From the IMG/VR virus record IMGVR_UViG_3300038463_000730, positions 62,001-126,000 of that record: 64,000 bases of DNA; one strand, written 5' to 3'. The notes under the pieces were generated by a model, which did not search any database, was not told the origin of the DNA, and saw nothing but the letters and a program-made list of their open reading frames with translations. Below, one piece after another: positions 63,271 through 64,000 of the stretch. The stretch's first letter is position 1; the number at the start of each line of letters is the position of its first letter. A program made the translations under genes and the position numbers.

Positions 63271-64000
63271 TTAGGATGAACCTGAAGGCACGACCGACAC
63301 ACTATTTGCAACGAAATATTGATTTTCTTGCGCTGTCAATGTCAGAACTTGACCTACAACCCCATCCAAATTAAATGCTGTAACCTGAACGCTGCTAACT
63401 CCAGCAACTCCCTGGGCGACAGCTACCAATGACGATGAACTTAACGTACCTCCAAGTGTATTTGTATTTATAGCAGCAGTTACGGCATTGTTCACGTTTT
63501 GTAGCACGACAGCTGAACCATTAGCATATGTCGAATTAACAACTATTGCCAATGTGATATCAACAAGCAATTCGGTAGCAGCTTTAATCAAAACATCTGC
63601 ACTAATCGGGCGATTTGGTTCCAATGCAACAGTGGATGTTCCGATCAATCCATTGTAATTGAAGTTGATCGTTATTCTCTCGTTTGGTTGAGGTCCGAGG
63701 TAGTTATACGTGGCCAAATATCGTGAGCTGACAACCGGCTGATTCATAGTCGCAACAGTCAATTTCCCAGTGCTGGTCGTATTGAAACCGCTGCTTACAT
63801 AGATCTGATCGATCAGTGCCCAGCCTTTGTTTCCATAGACTGTTCCATTTCGAGTGAAATAGAGGTTCTCCTGGTCACCAATTGTCGCGATATAGAACGT
63901 CGCCTGCAATGTCTGACCAAGTACGATCGGTGTATTCTGGTTGTTTGTTGTTGCTGGCAACCTGATCTGAAGAGGCCCGAGCGCCGGATTCTCGATTGCT
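63271..64000 (-). CDS. baseplate J-like protein, C-terminal part (partial)
   Basis: Frame stays open beyond the window edge; RPISADVLIKAA...VDITLAIVV...VNNAVTAAIN..LGGTL..S.LV.VAQGVAGV matches the baseplate-J C-terminal pattern. Confidence 0.7.
   Translation of the reverse strand, partial: AIENPALGPLQIRLPATTNNQNTPIVLGQTLQATFYIATIGDQENLYFTRNGTVYGNKGWALIDQIYVSSGFNTTSTGKLTVATMNQPVVSSRYLATYNYLGPQPNERITINFNYNGLIGTSTVALEPNRPISADVLIKAATELLVDITLAIVVNSTYANGSAVVLQNVNNAVTAAINTNTLGGTLSSSSLVAVAQGVAGVSSVQVTAFNLDGVVGQVLTLTAQENQYFVANSVSVVPSGSS

Noticed and set aside
1-64000. Alternative genetic code (TAG or TGA recoding)
   Set aside because: Long conserved genes are intact under the standard code, and TAA, TAG and TGA all end genes at tight junctions.
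1-64000. tRNA or rRNA genes
   Set aside because: No cloverleaf with a T-loop consensus was seen in the few intergenic gaps. A tRNAscan-SE run would be needed to exclude them formally.

Overview
This window is a 64-kb internal fragment of a large tailed-phage genome, probably a jumbo myovirus. It is read with the standard genetic code and is densely coding, with many TAATG/ATGA gene overlaps. Most genes are on the minus strand. The exceptions are 1-1724 and a 13.6-kb plus-strand tail-fibre/adhesin cassette (12385-25979). Recognisable genes include a class II ribonucleotide reductase (nrdJ), a sigma-70 factor, a DnaB/DnaC replication module, an SF2 helicase, a DEDDh exonuclease, a tubulin/FtsZ-family (PhuZ-like) GTPase, PIN-PhoH, methionine aminopeptidase, a GH25-like muramidase, three HNH proteins, RmlB plus four glycosyltransferases, a CX5R phosphatase, a HAD hydrolase, a degenerate macrodomain, and very large baseplate/LamG virion proteins. 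The most notable unexplained signals are: (1) a D-G-Y tripeptide enriched only in predicted virion proteins (28 copies by hand count, none in about 50 DG dipeptides of non-structural proteins), next to a phage glycosylation cluster, which may be a virion Tyr-modification sequon; (2) a 140-190-nt multi-helix structured RNA in front of the sigma factor; (3) RBS-sequestering hairpins that carry a recurring promoter-like motif in their loops; (4) a shared [IV]-M-hydrophobic C-terminal tag on unrelated small proteins; (5) a gene switched off by an exact 18-bp tandem duplication; (6) a protein with an inner-membrane anchor and an outer-membrane beta-barrel-like C-terminus. All family calls come from motif recognition by eye, not from database searches.
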